A stretch of 64,000 nucleotides of DNA from Chloroflexota bacterium (GCA_034430475.1 DAOUEA010000055.1:18008-82007); one strand, 5' to 3'. Shown: positions 26,336 through 39,133, counted from the stretch's first letter. The notes: generated by a model not told the origin, from the letters alone. Numbers and translations are program-made.

Positions 26336-27703
26336 ATGTCCACCGGCGACAAGCCCACCGCCTCCCCCTCTGCCGCCTCCACCGGCGGAACGCCGGAGAT
26401 GGCCCTGGCGGCGGCGGGCGACTACGCCGCGATCTCCAAGCCGCACCTCTCCCCGATCCTGGGCCGCTACTACGAGCGCAGCTGGGAGCGGGGCGAGGGT
26501 CACACTCTGTACGACTCCTCGGGACGGGGCTTCCTGGACTTCGCCTGCGGCATCGCGACCACGTCGCTGGGGCACCACCACCCGGCCGTGACCCAGGCCA
26601 TCAAGGACCAGGCCGACAAGCTGCTCCACATCTGCAACGCCCTCGGCTACCTGGAACCGGTGGGCCAGCTGGCCACGATGCTGGCTGAGGTCTGCCCCAA
26701 ACCGCTCGACACGGTCTTCTTCGGCAACAGCGGGGCAGAGGCGGTGGAGGCCTCGCTGAAGCTCGCCCGGCGCGTGACCGGTCGGCCCGGGATCGTGGCC
26801 TTCCGGGGCGCCTTCCACGGCCGGACCTTCGGCGCGGCCTCGATCACCAGCTCGAGCATCAGCTACCGTCTCGGCTACGAGCCGCTGCTGCCGTCCGTCT
26901 ACCTGACTCCCTACCCCAACGTCTATCGCTACTTCGGTGAAGACGAGGAGGCCGCCACGGCCGGCGCCATGGGCGCCCTGCGAACGCTGTTCGCCCACGA
27001 GATCCCGGCCACCTCGGTGGCGGCGATCATCATCGAGCCCATCCAGGGCGAGGGCGGTTTCAGCCCTGCTCCCCTGAGCTTCCTGCGCGAGCTGCGGGCC
27101 CTGTGCGACGAGCACGGGATCCTGCTGATCTGCGACGAGATCCAGTCGGGCATCGGCCGGACGGGCAGGATGTGGGCCTTTGAGCATGCCGGCATCGTCC
27201 CGGACGTGATCTGCCTGGCCAAGGCGCTGTCCAACGGCCTGCCTATCGGGGCCATTGTCAGCCGCCGCGATCTACAGGAGCGCTGGGGAGTGGGGGCCCA
27301 CGGGACCACCTTCGGCGGCAATCCGGTGTCGTGTGCGGCAGGCATCGCCGTTCTCGAGACGATCAGCCGTCAGGGGCTGGTGGCCAACTCCGAGGCCCGC
27401 GGCCAGGAGCTGATGACTGCGCTGCAGGGCCTCATGGCGAAAGACGAGCGCATCGGCAACGTCCGCGGGCGGGGGCTCATGGTGGGTGTGGAGATGGTCA
27501 AGGACCGCGCCACTCGAGATCCCGACACGGCCACCGGGGAGGCGCTGGTCCAGGCCTGTGCCGATCAGGGGTTGCTGGTGCTCAACTGCGGCATGCACCA
27601 CAACGTCATCAGGTTCCTGCCCCCGATCGACACTGCAAGCGAAGAGATCGCCCAGGGCGTGGAGATGTTCGGGGCAGCGCTGCGGAGCGTGCCGGGCGCC
27701 TGA
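26336..27703 (+). CDS. Class III PLP aminotransferase (4-aminobutyrate aminotransferase-like)
   Basis: NSGAEAVE, FHGRT, IIEPIQGEGG, DEIQSGIGRTG, AKALSNG, HGTTFGGNP; ATG 26336 after GAGGAG. Confidence 0.9.
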   Translation: MSTGDKPTASPSAASTGGTPEMALAAAGDYAAISKPHLSPILGRYYERSWERGEGHTLYDSSGRGFLDFACGIATTSLGHHHPAVTQAIKDQADKLLHICNALGYLEPVGQLATMLAEVCPKPLDTVFFGNSGAEAVEASLKLARRVTGRPGIVAFRGAFHGRTFGAASITSSSISYRLGYEPLLPSVYLTPYPNVYRYFGEDEEAATAGAMGALRTLFAHEIPATSVAAIIIEPIQGEGGFSPAPLSFLRELRALCDEHGILLICDEIQSGIGRTGRMWAFEHAGIVPDVICLAKALSNGLPIGAIVSRRDLQERWGVGAHGTTFGGNPVSCAAGIAVLETISRQGLVANSEARGQELMTALQGLMAKDERIGNVRGRGLMVGVEMVKDRATRDPDTATGEALVQACADQGLLVLNCGMHHNVIRFLPPIDTASEEIAQGVEMFGAALRSVPGA

Positions 27704-27716
27704 CCGCGCTTGTGAG

Positions 27717-27911
27717 CTAGCGGTTCCGGGCCAGGAAGGCCATCACGTCTTCCAGACGGAAGCGCCGGTCGCCCCGCTTGCAGACACGGTAGAAGGGCAG
27801 TTCGCCGCGATCTCCGAGGCGCTTCACGGTGTTGACATGCAAGTGAAGCATCTCGGCCACCTCGCTTGCGGTGAGCATCGGACCGAGTTCGTTGGCCGCC
27901 ATGGAAGCCAT
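27717..27911 (-). CDS. Stand-alone MerR-like/HTH_17 DNA-binding protein (BldC-like)
   Basis: MLTASEVAEMLHLHVNTVKRLGDRGEL...RGDRRFRLEDV; ATG 27911 has a GAGGA RBS (alternative start 27932). Confidence 0.85.
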   Translation of the reverse strand: MASMAANELGPMLTASEVAEMLHLHVNTVKRLGDRGELPFYRVCKRGDRRFRLEDVMAFLARNR

Positions 27912-28150
27912 AGGTTTCCTCTGCGTCTCCATCGGCTCTGAGTAAGTCCCCTGAACAGGCGACGGCTACGCTTCCGGACTGGAAGCGACGCGAACCGTAC
28001 AAAGTCCACTCAACTGCCACAAGCCGTACTTTCTGGCGGGCGCCACCGGTACCGGCCCGCATGCCCCGGCTCGACCGCGCCCGTCCCGGGGTCGCGAGGG
28101 GCCTCCGGCGGCAGTACCATCGATCGCCGAGGAGGCTAGACGGAGGGCCG

Positions 28151-29803
28151 ATGCGGGGTTTCGTCGGATCCAGGGTCCCGGCCCGGGTGACAGGTCGGGC
28201 CACTGCGATTGCGCTGGTCGCCAGCGTCGCCTCGGCATGCGGATCCGGGCCCGTGGCGACAGGATCGCCGGTGGCGACCGCCACACCGATGCCCTGGACC
28301 CCGTCCGCGCCCGTCACGCCCGAGCCCACCGCGGCACCGGTCGGCCTGCCGCTGGCCGTCGTGGCCCGCTATGACGACCTGCGGCCGAACGTGACCCTCG
28401 ACGCCCTGAGCTCGGCGGTCTCGGCGGGCACGGTCCTGCTCCCGTGCGAGGTGACCTCCCTGACGCTCGACGGCGTGGCCCTGGTCCCGGGCCCCGGCAC
28501 GAACTGCCTGCCGGCGACGCAGATCCCCGACGCCGTGGTGGCCCCCGCCTCAGCCGCGGCCTCCGCCTCAGCCGCGGCCTCCGTCTCAGCGGCGGGCGGC
28601 TTGCCGGCCGGCGCGCTGGCCCTGCTGCCGCCCGGTTTGGTGGCGCCTCAACTCAAGGTCCTGCCCATCGGCGAGGCGGACCTGTTCGGGGCACCGAAGC
28701 ACCGGGCGCTGCAATACCCGCTGCAGGCGATCGCCTCGCCGGAGATCGCCGGCTCGGCCTACGACGCCGCCGACATCAGGACGCTCATCTCAACCGGCGA
28801 CACGTGCCCCGACCGCGGCTTCAGCTTCCTCGCCGTGACCCACAAGAAGGGCTGGGACTGGACCCTCTCGGGCGGCAGCGCGACCTATACCGGGTTTCGT
28901 CTGGACACTCAGTACCGCGGCCCCCACCAGGGCGGCTGGCTCGTGCCCAACATTCGCGTCGGGCGCGACAGGGGAAAGGTCGCCGATCTCATCTCCGACA
29001 ACGACGTCAGCGCCAACGACTTCGAGTGCCCGATGCTGTCCGGCTGGGTCCAGCACAACGGCGGCCTGATCTTCACCATCGACCCGCGCGTGGCCCCGCT
29101 CCTCGCCGAGAAGGGCGGCGTGAAGGTCGTGACCCTCGGCTCCAACCACATCACCAACGGCGGTCTGGATGGCGTCAGGCAGACGCTGCGCTACCTCGAT
29201 GCAGCAGGGATCAAGCACACAGGCGCCGGCCTGACGCTCGAGGACGCGCTCGCGCCGGCGGTCGTAGACGTTCGAGGCGTCCGGTTCGCCTTCGTCGGCT
29301 GGGACGACATCAAGGGCTCCGCGGCGGCCACAGCGAGTCGTCCCGGCGTAGCCCCCATGACCGACGAGAACCTGTGCGCCTCCCTGCAGGCGGCTCGCAA
29401 GGTCGCCGACGTCGTGGTCGCCATGCCCCAGTGGGGCTGGCCGGAGTACCACAACGACATCACGCAGGCCCAGGTCGCCCAGCGCGCCAGGATGTACGAG
29501 TGCGGAGCCGACCACATCCTGGGCAGCGGCACCCACTGGGCCTCCTGGGCCTCGATCCTGCCCGGGCCGAACGGGCCCCAGTTCGCCATCGGCAGCCACG
29601 GCAATTTCTTCTTCGACCAGAACTGGAGCCAGGAGACGATGGAGGGCGTGGTCGTAGAGGCCACCTTCTCCGAAGCCCGGCTGGTGCAGGTCAGGCTCCA
29701 CCCCTATGTCGTCGCATACGGGGCTCAGCCGAACCTGCTCGACCCGAGCGGGGACGGCCGCTATGTCATGCAGCGCGTCTGGTCGGCCAGCGAGGTGCGC
29801 TGA
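28151..29803 (+). CDS. CapA family (metallophosphoesterase-like) lipoprotein
   Basis: Lipobox ASAC; TGD, NDFEC, LGSNH, HTGAG, QWG, SHGNFFFDQ; ATG after GGAGGG. Confidence 0.8.
   Translation: MRGFVGSRVPARVTGRATAIALVASVASACGSGPVATGSPVATATPMPWTPSAPVTPEPTAAPVGLPLAVVARYDDLRPNVTLDALSSAVSAGTVLLPCEVTSLTLDGVALVPGPGTNCLPATQIPDAVVAPASAAASASAAASVSAAGGLPAGALALLPPGLVAPQLKVLPIGEADLFGAPKHRALQYPLQAIASPEIAGSAYDAADIRTLISTGDTCPDRGFSFLAVTHKKGWDWTLSGGSATYTGFRLDTQYRGPHQGGWLVPNIRVGRDRGKVADLISDNDVSANDFECPMLSGWVQHNGGLIFTIDPRVAPLLAEKGGVKVVTLGSNHITNGGLDGVRQTLRYLDAAGIKHTGAGLTLEDALAPAVVDVRGVRFAFVGWDDIKGSAAATASRPGVAPMTDENLCASLQAARKVADVVVAMPQWGWPEYHNDITQAQVAQRARMYECGADHILGSGTHWASWASILPGPNGPQFAIGSHGNFFFDQNWSQETMEGVVVEATFSEARLVQVRLHPYVVAYGAQPNLLDPSGDGRYVMQRVWSASEVR
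28547..28594 (+). repeat. 18-bp in-frame tandem repeat (ASAAAS)
   Basis: gcctcagccgcggcctcc twice, plus a partial third copy. Confidence 0.7.
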
Positions 29804-29845
29804 CCGGGCGGGCGTCGATGAAGGGGCCGCCGGGGCGGCCCCCTG

Positions 29846-30817
29846 TCAGCTGGGCGAAGCCGTGACCTCGGCCGATGGCGAAGCCGTGACTTCGGCCGAT
29901 GCGGACCCCGATGCGGACGCTGTCGGCGTGGGAGTTGGGCACGGCGGGAGCGTCGGCTCGAGGCTTCCGGAGGCGCCGGCCGAAGCGGACGCACCGGGCG
30001 AAGCCGACATACCGGGCGACTCCGGGCCGACCGGTATGCAGGCAGCGGACGGCAGCGGCAGCTCCGACGGCTCGGGCATAGCCGGCAGCCCCAGCGTCAC
30101 CCGAATCAGAGCCCGCTCCGTCTCCCAGGTCTGATCTGCCTCCGGCAGCGTCTCCTCCATCGTCAGGATCTCTTCCGGCGTGTTGGCCTCATAGGCCGTC
30201 TTCAGCAGTTCGAGGTAGTGCTGCCCGTCCTTGATGAACAGATCCACGTAGTAGGCGGTCTCGCCGGTCTCGTCTGCCTCAGACCACCTGTCGTAGGCCT
30301 GGACGTCGTCCAGCCAGCCCTTGGTAGCGTCGTAGAAGGCCTTGTAGTCCGCCAGCTGAGCCACGAAATCGCGCCCGTGGCTGGCCAGGTCGTTGCGGGC
30401 CTGCTCGCGGGCAGGGCTCCAGCGGTCCTCGATCTGCTGCCAGCGGTCCTTCGGCTCGACGGGCGGCGGGTTGATGAAGCTGACCCAGACCCAGAGGACG
30501 GCCAGCAGCCCGAACAGGACGCCCAGCAGGGGCAGGTAGGCCGCGACCCAGCGGTACACAGTGCCGTGACGCTTCTTCTTCTTGACGGGTGCCTGGCGGG
30601 CGCGCCTGTCATCCGGCTGCACGGCCTCGACGTCCGAGAGCGGCTCCGCGCCCTCGGCCTCCGAGAGCGGCCACGACTCCGGGGCTTCCTCCAACGGGGC
30701 CTCGGACGGAGCCCCGGCCTGCGCCGCCGCCGGCTGCGGGGCGCGACTGCCGGGCTGGTGGCGATGGCGACTCCTTCGGCTGGCCGATCCCCGGCCATGC
30801 CGCGAACGGGGCGACAA
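29846..30817 (-). CDS. Hypothetical single-pass membrane protein
   Basis: TTG 7 nt after AGGAGG; KKKKR, then hydrophobic YLPLLGVLFGLLAVLWVWV, a helical domain and a Ser/Pro/Ala tail. Confidence 0.75.
   Translation of the reverse strand: MSPRSRHGRGSASRRSRHRHQPGSRAPQPAAAQAGAPSEAPLEEAPESWPLSEAEGAEPLSDVEAVQPDDRRARQAPVKKKKRHGTVYRWVAAYLPLLGVLFGLLAVLWVWVSFINPPPVEPKDRWQQIEDRWSPAREQARNDLASHGRDFVAQLADYKAFYDATKGWLDDVQAYDRWSEADETGETAYYVDLFIKDGQHYLELLKTAYEANTPEEILTMEETLPEADQTWETERALIRVTLGLPAMPEPSELPLPSAACIPVGPESPGMSASPGASASAGASGSLEPTLPPCPTPTPTASASGSASAEVTASPSAEVTASPS
29853..29900. repeat. 24-bp tandem repeat encoding SAEVTASP twice
   Basis: ggcgaagccgtgac(c/t)tcggccgat twice. Confidence 0.75.
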
Positions 30818-30908
30818 CTCATGACCTCCTGGAAGCTGTTGAGCGCGACCGGCCGCCGATGCGGGGCAGGCGTCGGAAGTCTAGCGCGATCCTGGGCTCG
30901 TCGCGAAG

Positions 30909-30934
30909 GTTGCGGATCCGTACCGAATCGCAAC
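30909..30934. promoter_or_regulatory. Imperfect palindrome upstream of gltB
   Basis: GTTGCG-N14-CGCAAC centred on GTAC. Confidence 0.4.
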
Positions 30935-31078
30935 TAGCGTAACCTTGACCGCAACCAGCCACTCGGGGAGACTCGGCGTTCCGCTGGGTCCGAGGCTCCT
31001 GCGCGCGCAGCAGGGACCGCGCTGGGTGCACCCATGCGGCTCCCGGGCAAGCGCGCCCGCGACGAGGAAGAGACGGAC

Positions 31079-34000
31079 TTGAGCCAGACCGGCAGGCCAC
31101 CAGCCCAGGGTCTCTACGACCCCGGAGCCGAGCACGATTCGTGCGGCTTCGGCTTCGTGGTGGATATCGCCGGGCGGCCCTCTCACGACATCGTCCGGGA
31201 CGCCCTGACGGTCCTGGTCAACCTCGAGCACCGCGGCGCCACTGGGTCGGAGGCGAACACCGGGGACGGAGCGGGCATCACCATCCAGATGCCCCATCGC
31301 TTCCTGGTCGAGCAGGCCGGGAAAGCCGGCGTCAAGCTCCGGGGCCGCGGCGGATACGGCACGGGGACCATATTTCTGCCGCCGGACAAACGGGCTCGAG
31401 TGGAGTGCACCAGGCTGTTCGAGCAGGCCGCCGAGCAGGAGGGGCTGCGAATCCTCGGCTGGCGCGAAGTCCCCACCGACAACTCCGGCCTGGGAGTGAG
31501 CGCCAGGGCCAGCCAGCCCCATATCCGCCAGGTCTTCGTCGATCGCCCGACGAGCCTGGTTGAGGACATGGCCTTCGAGCGCAAGCTGTACGTCGTCCGC
31601 CGCCTGGCCGAGAAAGCCGCCTCAAGGTCCGCCATCCCCGGCCGCGGCGGTTTCTACATCCCTTCGCTGAGCTGCCGGACGATCGTCTACAAGGGCATGC
31701 TCAACGCCTCGCAGCTGCGCACTTTCTACCCCGACCTGGTCGATGAGCGCGTCGAGAGCGCCATCGCCATGGTTCATTCGCGCTTCTCGACGAACACCTT
31801 CCCCTCCTGGGCGAGGGCTCATCCGTATCGCTACATCTCCCACAACGGCGAGATCAACACCCTGCGCGGCAACATCAACTGGATGCACGCCCGCCAGTCG
31901 CAGTTCTCCTCCAAGCTGTTCGGGGATGACCTGCGCAAGGCCCTGCCGGCCATCGACATCGAAGGCTCCGACTCGGCCATGCTCGACAACACGCTCGAGC
32001 TGCTGTACCTGTCCGGTCGCTCGCTGGCCCACAGCCTGATGATGATGGTCCCCGAGCCGTGGCAGCACCACGAATCGATGTCGCCCGAGAAGCGGGCCTT
32101 CTACGAATTCCACAGCTGCCTGACGGAGCCCTGGGACGGCCCGGCCTCGATCGCCTTCACCGACGGCGTCCGTGTCGGCGCCACGCTCGATCGCAACGGC
32201 CTCCGCCCAGCCCGCTACTACGTCACCTCGGACAACCGGGTTGTCATGGCCTCCGAGGCCGGGGTGCTGGACATCCCGCCGGACAAGGTAGTCGCCAAGG
32301 GCCGCCTTCAGCCGGGCCGGATGTTCCTGGTCGACACCTCGGAGCAGCGCATCGTCTCCGACGAAGAGCTGAAGCGCCGGGTCGCCACCGAGCAGCCCTA
32401 CGAGGAGTGGGTTCGCGACTGGCTGGTCAAGCTGACCGAGCTGCCGCCCCCGCCGCGCGTGATCGAGCCCGACCATGAGACCGTCCTGCGCCGCCAGGAG
32501 GTCTTCGGCTACACCGCCGAGGACGTCCGGATGCAGGTCAACGCCATGGCCCAGACCGCCACAGACCCGGTGGGCTCGATGGGCAACGACACCCCCCTGG
32601 CCGTCCTTTCGGAAAGGCCGCATCTGCTCTACTCGTACTTCAAGCAGCTCTTCGCCCAGGTCACCAACCCGCCGATCGACGCCATCCGCGAGGAGATCAT
32701 CACCGCCAGCGAGATGGCCGTGGGCCCGGAGGGCAACCTCCTGGAGCCCGGCCCCCGCTCGGCCCACCAGCTGGAGCTGCCCTCGCCGGTGCTCACCAAC
32801 GAGGAGCTGGAGAAGATCCGGCACCTCAACAGCACCGACCCGCACGGCTTCCGGACGATCACCCTGCCGATCATCTTCCCCGTGGCAGAGGGCGGGGCCG
32901 GCCTGCGCCGGGCCATCGAGCAGGCTCGGGATCGCGCCTCCGAGGCCATCGCCGAGGGCCACAACATCATCATCCTCTCGGACCGCGGCCACAACGAAGA
33001 GCAGGCCCCCATCCCGGCCCTGCTGGCCGTGGCGGCAGTCCACCACCACCTGATCCGGTCCGGCACGCGGACCCTGGTCGGGCTGGTCGTCGAATCGGGC
33101 GAGCCGCGCGAGGTCCACCACTTCGCCCTGCTGATCGGCTACGGAGCAAGCGCCGTCAACCCCTACCTGGCCTTCGAGACGGTCCACGACCAGGTCCGTC
33201 AGGGCCTGATCCCCGGGCCGGCCGAGAAGGCGGAGAAGAAGTACATCAAGGCCCTCGCCAAGGGGATCGTGAAGGTCCTCTCCAAGATGGGGATCAGCAC
33301 GACCCAGAGCTACCACGGCGCCCAGGTCTTCGAGGCGGTGGGCCTCAACCAGGATTTCGTGGACGAGTACTTCACCGGCACCCCGACCCGCATCGGCGGC
33401 ATCGGCATCGATGTCGTGGCCCGGGAAGTCAGAGCCCGCCAGAACCGGGCCTACCCACCCAAGCGCCCCATCTACCACAAGCAGCTGGCCAGCGGCGGCA
33501 ACATCCAGTACCGCGCCGACGGTGAGCTTCACCTCTTCAACCCGTTGTCGATCGCCCAGCTCCAGTTCGCCACGCGGAGCGGCAGCTACGAGGCCTTCAA
33601 GGAGTACTCGAAGCTGATCGACGATCAGTCCGACCGCCTGGCCACCCTGCGCGGCCTGATGGAGTTCAGGCCCAATCACCGGCCGCCCGTCCCGCTCGAG
33701 GAAGTGGAGCCGGTCGAGTCGATCGTGAAGCGCTTCAAGACGGGGGCAATGAGCTACGGCTCGATCTCCAGGGAGACCCACGAGGCCCTGGCCATAGCCA
33801 TGAACCGCCTCGGCGCCAAGTCCAACACCGGCGAGGGGGGCGAGGATCCGGCGCGCTTCGAGAGGCTGCCCAACGGCGACTCGCTCAAGAGCGCCATCAA
33901 GCAGGTCGCCTCGGGCCGCTTCGGGGTCACCAGCGCGTACCTGGTCAGCGCCCAGGAGATCCAGATCAAGATGGCCCAGGGTGCCAAGCCCGGCGAGGGC

Positions 34001-35710
34001 GGCCAGCTGCCGGGCCACAAGGTCTATCCCTGGATCGCCAAGGTTCGCCACTCCACGCCCGGCGTGGGCCTGATCAGCCCTCCGCCGCACCACGACATCT
34101 ACTCCATCGAGGATCTGGCAGAGCTGATCCACGACCTGAAGAACGCCAACCCCCAGGCCCGGATCTCGGTCAAGCTCGTCTCCGAAGTGGGCGTCGGCAC
34201 CATTGCCGCCGGTGTCGCCAAGGCCCATGCGGACGTGATCCTGATCAGCGGTCACGACGGGGGCACCGGCGCCTCGCCCATCTCCTCCATCAAGCACTCC
34301 GGCCTGCCCTGGGAGCTGGGCATCGCCGAGACCAACCAGACGCTGCTGCTCAACGACCTGCGCTCGCGGGTCGCGCTCGAAGTGGACGGTCAGATGAAGA
34401 CCGGCCGCGACGTCGTCGTAGGGGCCCTGCTGGGCGCCGAGGAGTTCGGCTTCTCGACCGCGCCGCTGGTCACACTGGGCTGCGTGATGATGCGGGTCTG
34501 CCACCTCAACACCTGCCCGGTCGGCGTGGCCACTCAAGACCCCGAGCTTCGCAAGCGCTTCACCGGCGACCCGCAGTACGTGGTCAACTTCATGACCTTC
34601 GTGGCCATGGAGGTCCGAGAGCACATGGCCCGGCTCGGCTTCCGCACTTTCGAGGCGATGGTCGGACACCCCGAGCGCCTGGAGATGCGCCGCGCCATCG
34701 ATCACTGGAAGGCCCACAACCTGGACTTCAGCCGGATCCTCCACCAGCCTCCTGTGCCGAGGACGGTGGGCCGCACCTGCCAGATCACGCAGGAGCACAA
34801 GATCGAGGCCTCGCTCGACTCCACCAAACTGATCCCGCTGTGCAAGCCGGCCCTGGAGCGCGGCGAGAAGGTGGAGGCCGAGCTCGAGATCCACAACACC
34901 AACCGCGTGGTGGGCACCACGCTGGGCTCGGAGGTTACGCGGCGCCACGGCGGCGATGGGCTGCCGGAGGACACGATCAAGCTCCACTTCCGCGGCTCGG
35001 CCGGCCAGAGCTTCGGCGCCTTCGTGCCTCGAGGCGTCACCCTGATCCTCGAGGGCGACGCCAACGACTACCTGGGCAAGGGTCTCTCGGGGGGGAAGAT
35101 CGTCCTCTACCCGCCGCGCGAGTCGACGTTCGTTGCGGAGGAGAACGTCATCACCGGCAACGTCGCCTTGTACGGCGCCACCGGAGGCGAGGCCTTCATC
35201 CGCGGCGTGGCCGGCGAGCGATTCTGCGTCCGCAACTCCGGCGTCAGCGCCGTCGTGGAGGGCGTGGGCGACCACGGCTGCGAGTACATGACCGGCGGCC
35301 GGGCGGTGATCATCGGCAAGACGGGCCGCAACTTCGCGGCCGGCATGTCCGGCGGCGTCGCCTACGTCCTCGACGAGAGCGGCGAGGGCGGTGCCGCGGG
35401 CGGCAGCTTCGAGCGAGTCTGCAACAAGGAGATGGTCCAGCTCTTCCCGCTCTCCGATCCGGACGAGATCGCCGAGGTCCGGCGGTTGGTGGAGCGCCAC
35501 CTCGAGTACACCGCCAGCCCACGGGCCAGAGCCTTGCTGGACGACTGGCAGAGGACGGTGACCCGCTTCATCCGCGTCGTGCCCAACGACTACAGGCGAG
35601 TCCTCGAGGCGCAGGCCAGGATGCGAGCCAGGGGCCTCGCGGCGGAGGAAGCCGAGATGGCGGCCTTCGAGGAGAACGTCCTGGACGCGCGTCGCGTGGC
35701 GGGGAACTGA
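31079..35710 (+). CDS. gltB: Glutamate synthase large subunit
   Basis: [64 protein letters not shown]; start TTG 31079 or ATG 31034. Confidence 0.97.
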   Translation: MSQTGRPPAQGLYDPGAEHDSCGFGFVVDIAGRPSHDIVRDALTVLVNLEHRGATGSEANTGDGAGITIQMPHRFLVEQAGKAGVKLRGRGGYGTGTIFLPPDKRARVECTRLFEQAAEQEGLRILGWREVPTDNSGLGVSARASQPHIRQVFVDRPTSLVEDMAFERKLYVVRRLAEKAASRSAIPGRGGFYIPSLSCRTIVYKGMLNASQLRTFYPDLVDERVESAIAMVHSRFSTNTFPSWARAHPYRYISHNGEINTLRGNINWMHARQSQFSSKLFGDDLRKALPAIDIEGSDSAMLDNTLELLYLSGRSLAHSLMMMVPEPWQHHESMSPEKRAFYEFHSCLTEPWDGPASIAFTDGVRVGATLDRNGLRPARYYVTSDNRVVMASEAGVLDIPPDKVVAKGRLQPGRMFLVDTSEQRIVSDEELKRRVATEQPYEEWVRDWLVKLTELPPPPRVIEPDHETVLRRQEVFGYTAEDVRMQVNAMAQTATDPVGSMGNDTPLAVLSERPHLLYSYFKQLFAQVTNPPIDAIREEIITASEMAVGPEGNLLEPGPRSAHQLELPSPVLTNEELEKIRHLNSTDPHGFRTITLPIIFPVAEGGAGLRRAIEQARDRASEAIAEGHNIIILSDRGHNEEQAPIPALLAVAAVHHHLIRSGTRTLVGLVVESGEPREVHHFALLIGYGASAVNPYLAFETVHDQVRQGLIPGPAEKAEKKYIKALAKGIVKVLSKMGISTTQSYHGAQVFEAVGLNQDFVDEYFTGTPTRIGGIGIDVVAREVRARQNRAYPPKRPIYHKQLASGGNIQYRADGELHLFNPLSIAQLQFATRSGSYEAFKEYSKLIDDQSDRLATLRGLMEFRPNHRPPVPLEEVEPVESIVKRFKTGAMSYGSISRETHEALAIAMNRLGAKSNTGEGGEDPARFERLPNGDSLKSAIKQVASGRFGVTSAYLVSAQEIQIKMAQGAKPGEGGQLPGHKVYPWIAKVRHSTPGVGLISPPPHHDIYSIEDLAELIHDLKNANPQARISVKLVSEVGVGTIAAGVAKAHADVILISGHDGGTGASPISSIKHSGLPWELGIAETNQTLLLNDLRSRVALEVDGQMKTGRDVVVGALLGAEEFGFSTAPLVTLGCVMMRVCHLNTCPVGVATQDPELRKRFTGDPQYVVNFMTFVAMEVREHMARLGFRTFEAMVGHPERLEMRRAIDHWKAHNLDFSRILHQPPVPRTVGRTCQITQEHKIEASLDSTKLIPLCKPALERGEKVEAELEIHNTNRVVGTTLGSEVTRRHGGDGLPEDTIKLHFRGSAGQSFGAFVPRGVTLILEGDANDYLGKGLSGGKIVLYPPRESTFVAEENVITGNVALYGATGGEAFIRGVAGERFCVRNSGVSAVVEGVGDHGCEYMTGGRAVIIGKTGRNFAAGMSGGVAYVLDESGEGGAAGGSFERVCNKEMVQLFPLSDPDEIAEVRRLVERHLEYTASPRARALLDDWQRTVTRFIRVVPNDYRRVLEAQARMRARGLAAEEAEMAAFEENVLDARRVAGN

Positions 35711-35712
35711 CG

Positions 35713-37197
<1,485 letters not shown>

Positions 37198-37279
37198 GAA
37201 AGCCTGGCTGGCACACGCCTCGGAGCTGATGAAGGACCCCCGCGTCATCACCCGGGACCGGCTGGACCGGGGCTGAGCC

Positions 37280-38527
37280 TCAGGCTAGCTCGAAGCGCTT
37301 CTCGGCCAGCTCGGCCAGCTCACGACCGATGGCCAGCGAGGCCGTGGCCGCCGGCGACGGCGCGTTGCGGACATGCAGGACCCGCCCGCTGCCGCCGATC
37401 GAGAAGTCGTCCACCATCTCGCCGTCGAGGCGCACCGATTGAGCCCGGACGCCGGACGGGCCGGGCTCCAGGTCGTCCTCGCTCAGCTCCGGCACGTAGC
37501 GCCGGACCGCGGCGGCGAAGGCCGGCTTCCAGAAGTCGCGGCCCATCTCCGCTACGCCGGACCGCCAGTAGCGGAAGGCGAGGCGCAGGAATCCGCGATC
37601 GGTCAGCGTCTCCGCCAGCTCGCGTGGGACTATGTCGCGGCGCCGGTAGCCCTCGCGGGCGAAGGCCAGGACGGCGTTGGGGCCGGCCCAGACGCCGCCG
37701 TCGATGCGGCGTGTCAGGTGGATCCCCAGGAACGGGAACCGCGGATCGTTGACCGGGTAGATGAGAGCCTTCACCAGATGGCGAGCCTCGGGGCGCAGGC
37801 GATAGTAATCCCCACGGAACGGAACCGCTCTCTCGCGGCCAGCGTGGCCGGTCATGGCCGCGACGCGATCCGACCACAGGCCCGCGCAGGCAATCACCGC
37901 GACGGTCTGAAACTCGCCGGCGGTCGTGTCCAGGACCCACTCCTCGCCCGCCCCCAGGGCGTAGCGTCGCATCCCGTCCACCCGCGCGTTCCGGACCAGC
38001 CGGCCGCCGCGCGCCTCGACCTCGGCAGCGTAGGCCCGCCCCACGACCCCGAAGTCGACGATTCCCGTCTCGGGCGAGTACAGACCGGCGATCCCCGCCG
38101 CGTGCGGCTCGATCTCCGCGATCCGCTCCGGGCCCACCGTCTCCAGGCCCGGCACGCCGTTCGCCCGAGCGCGACGAGCCAGGGCCTCCAATGCGGGCTT
38201 CTCCTCCGGCGTGACGGCGATCACGAGCTTGCCGCAGCGCTCCAGGGGTATCGAGTGCTCGGTCGCGAACCGCTCCAGATCGGCCTTCCCTTCGCGGCAC
38301 AGGCGAGCCTTGCGCGAGCCAGCCTGATAGTAGAGCCCGGCGTGGAGGACGCCGCTGTTGTGGCTCGACTGGTGAGCCAGCAGCTCGGGCTCCTTCTCCA
38401 GCACCACCAGCCGAAGGCGCGGCCGGCGCTCCAGGAGCCGCAGGGCCGTGGCCAGGCCCACGATCCCGCCGCCGACGAGTGCTACGTCGAACCGCTCGCC
38501 TTCGGCCTTCCTGGGTCGCTTCGCCAC
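37280..38527 (-). CDS. lhgO: L-2-hydroxyglutarate oxidase
   Basis: GGGIVGLATA, HQSSHNSGVLHAG, PFLGIH, GVRAQ, NAPSPAATASL. Confidence 0.9.
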   Translation of the reverse strand: MAKRPRKAEGERFDVALVGGGIVGLATALRLLERRPRLRLVVLEKEPELLAHQSSHNSGVLHAGLYYQAGSRKARLCREGKADLERFATEHSIPLERCGKLVIAVTPEEKPALEALARRARANGVPGLETVGPERIAEIEPHAAGIAGLYSPETGIVDFGVVGRAYAAEVEARGGRLVRNARVDGMRRYALGAGEEWVLDTTAGEFQTVAVIACAGLWSDRVAAMTGHAGRERAVPFRGDYYRLRPEARHLVKALIYPVNDPRFPFLGIHLTRRIDGGVWAGPNAVLAFAREGYRRRDIVPRELAETLTDRGFLRLAFRYWRSGVAEMGRDFWKPAFAAAVRRYVPELSEDDLEPGPSGVRAQSVRLDGEMVDDFSIGGSGRVLHVRNAPSPAATASLAIGRELAELAEKRFELA

Positions 38528-38548
38528 CGCTCGCCCCGCCTTGCCGGG

Positions 38549-39133
38549 CTAGGGAGCCGGGGTTCGGTCGGGGACGCCCTCGTAGGTGGCCGACCCCACG
38601 AAGCCGAACGGGCCGCCCCAGTAGCGCAGCCAGGCCCGGCCGATCACGCTCGATCTGGGGATCGGCCCGAAAGCACGGGAATCCTGAGAAGCGGCTCGGT
38701 GGTCGCCCAGGACGAAGAGGTAGTCTCTGGGCACCACCCATCTGGTCACCTCCGTCCAGGCCTCGGTTGGCTGGCCCGGGTAGAGGTAGGGCTCGTCCAG
38801 CTTCACGTCGTTGACCCACACGGCCCCGTCGCGGACCTCGACGGTATCGCCGGGTACGCCGATGACGCGCTTGACGAACGGAATGTCCTGGCCGTTCTCC
38901 CGGTACCCCTTGGGCGGCTCGAAGACGATGATGTCGCCCCTCTTGTAGTCGTTCCAGTTGGGCGACAACTTGTCGACCAGCACGTACTCGTACTGGTTGA
39001 GCGTGGGGACCATCGACTGCTGGAGGATCTGGTAGGGCTGGGCCACGAAGTGCTGGACGACGAAGAAGATGACCAGCGTCAGGAGGATCGTCTCGGCGAT
39101 CTCGATGAAGCAGCCACCCCAGCGCGACTTCAT
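38549..39133 (-). CDS. lepB: Signal peptidase I
   Basis: QSMVPTL, FVKRVIGVPGD, LGDHR..SQDSR, IGRAW; start ATG 39133. Confidence 0.93.
   Translation of the reverse strand: MKSRWGGCFIEIAETILLTLVIFFVVQHFVAQPYQILQQSMVPTLNQYEYVLVDKLSPNWNDYKRGDIIVFEPPKGYRENGQDIPFVKRVIGVPGDTVEVRDGAVWVNDVKLDEPYLYPGQPTEAWTEVTRWVVPRDYLFVLGDHRAASQDSRAFGPIPRSSVIGRAWLRYWGGPFGFVGSATYEGVPDRTPAP

Noticed and set aside
37231-37276. 15-codon ORF MKDPRVITRDRLDRG after gltD
   Set aside because: Too short, with only a weak RBS and no supporting evidence.
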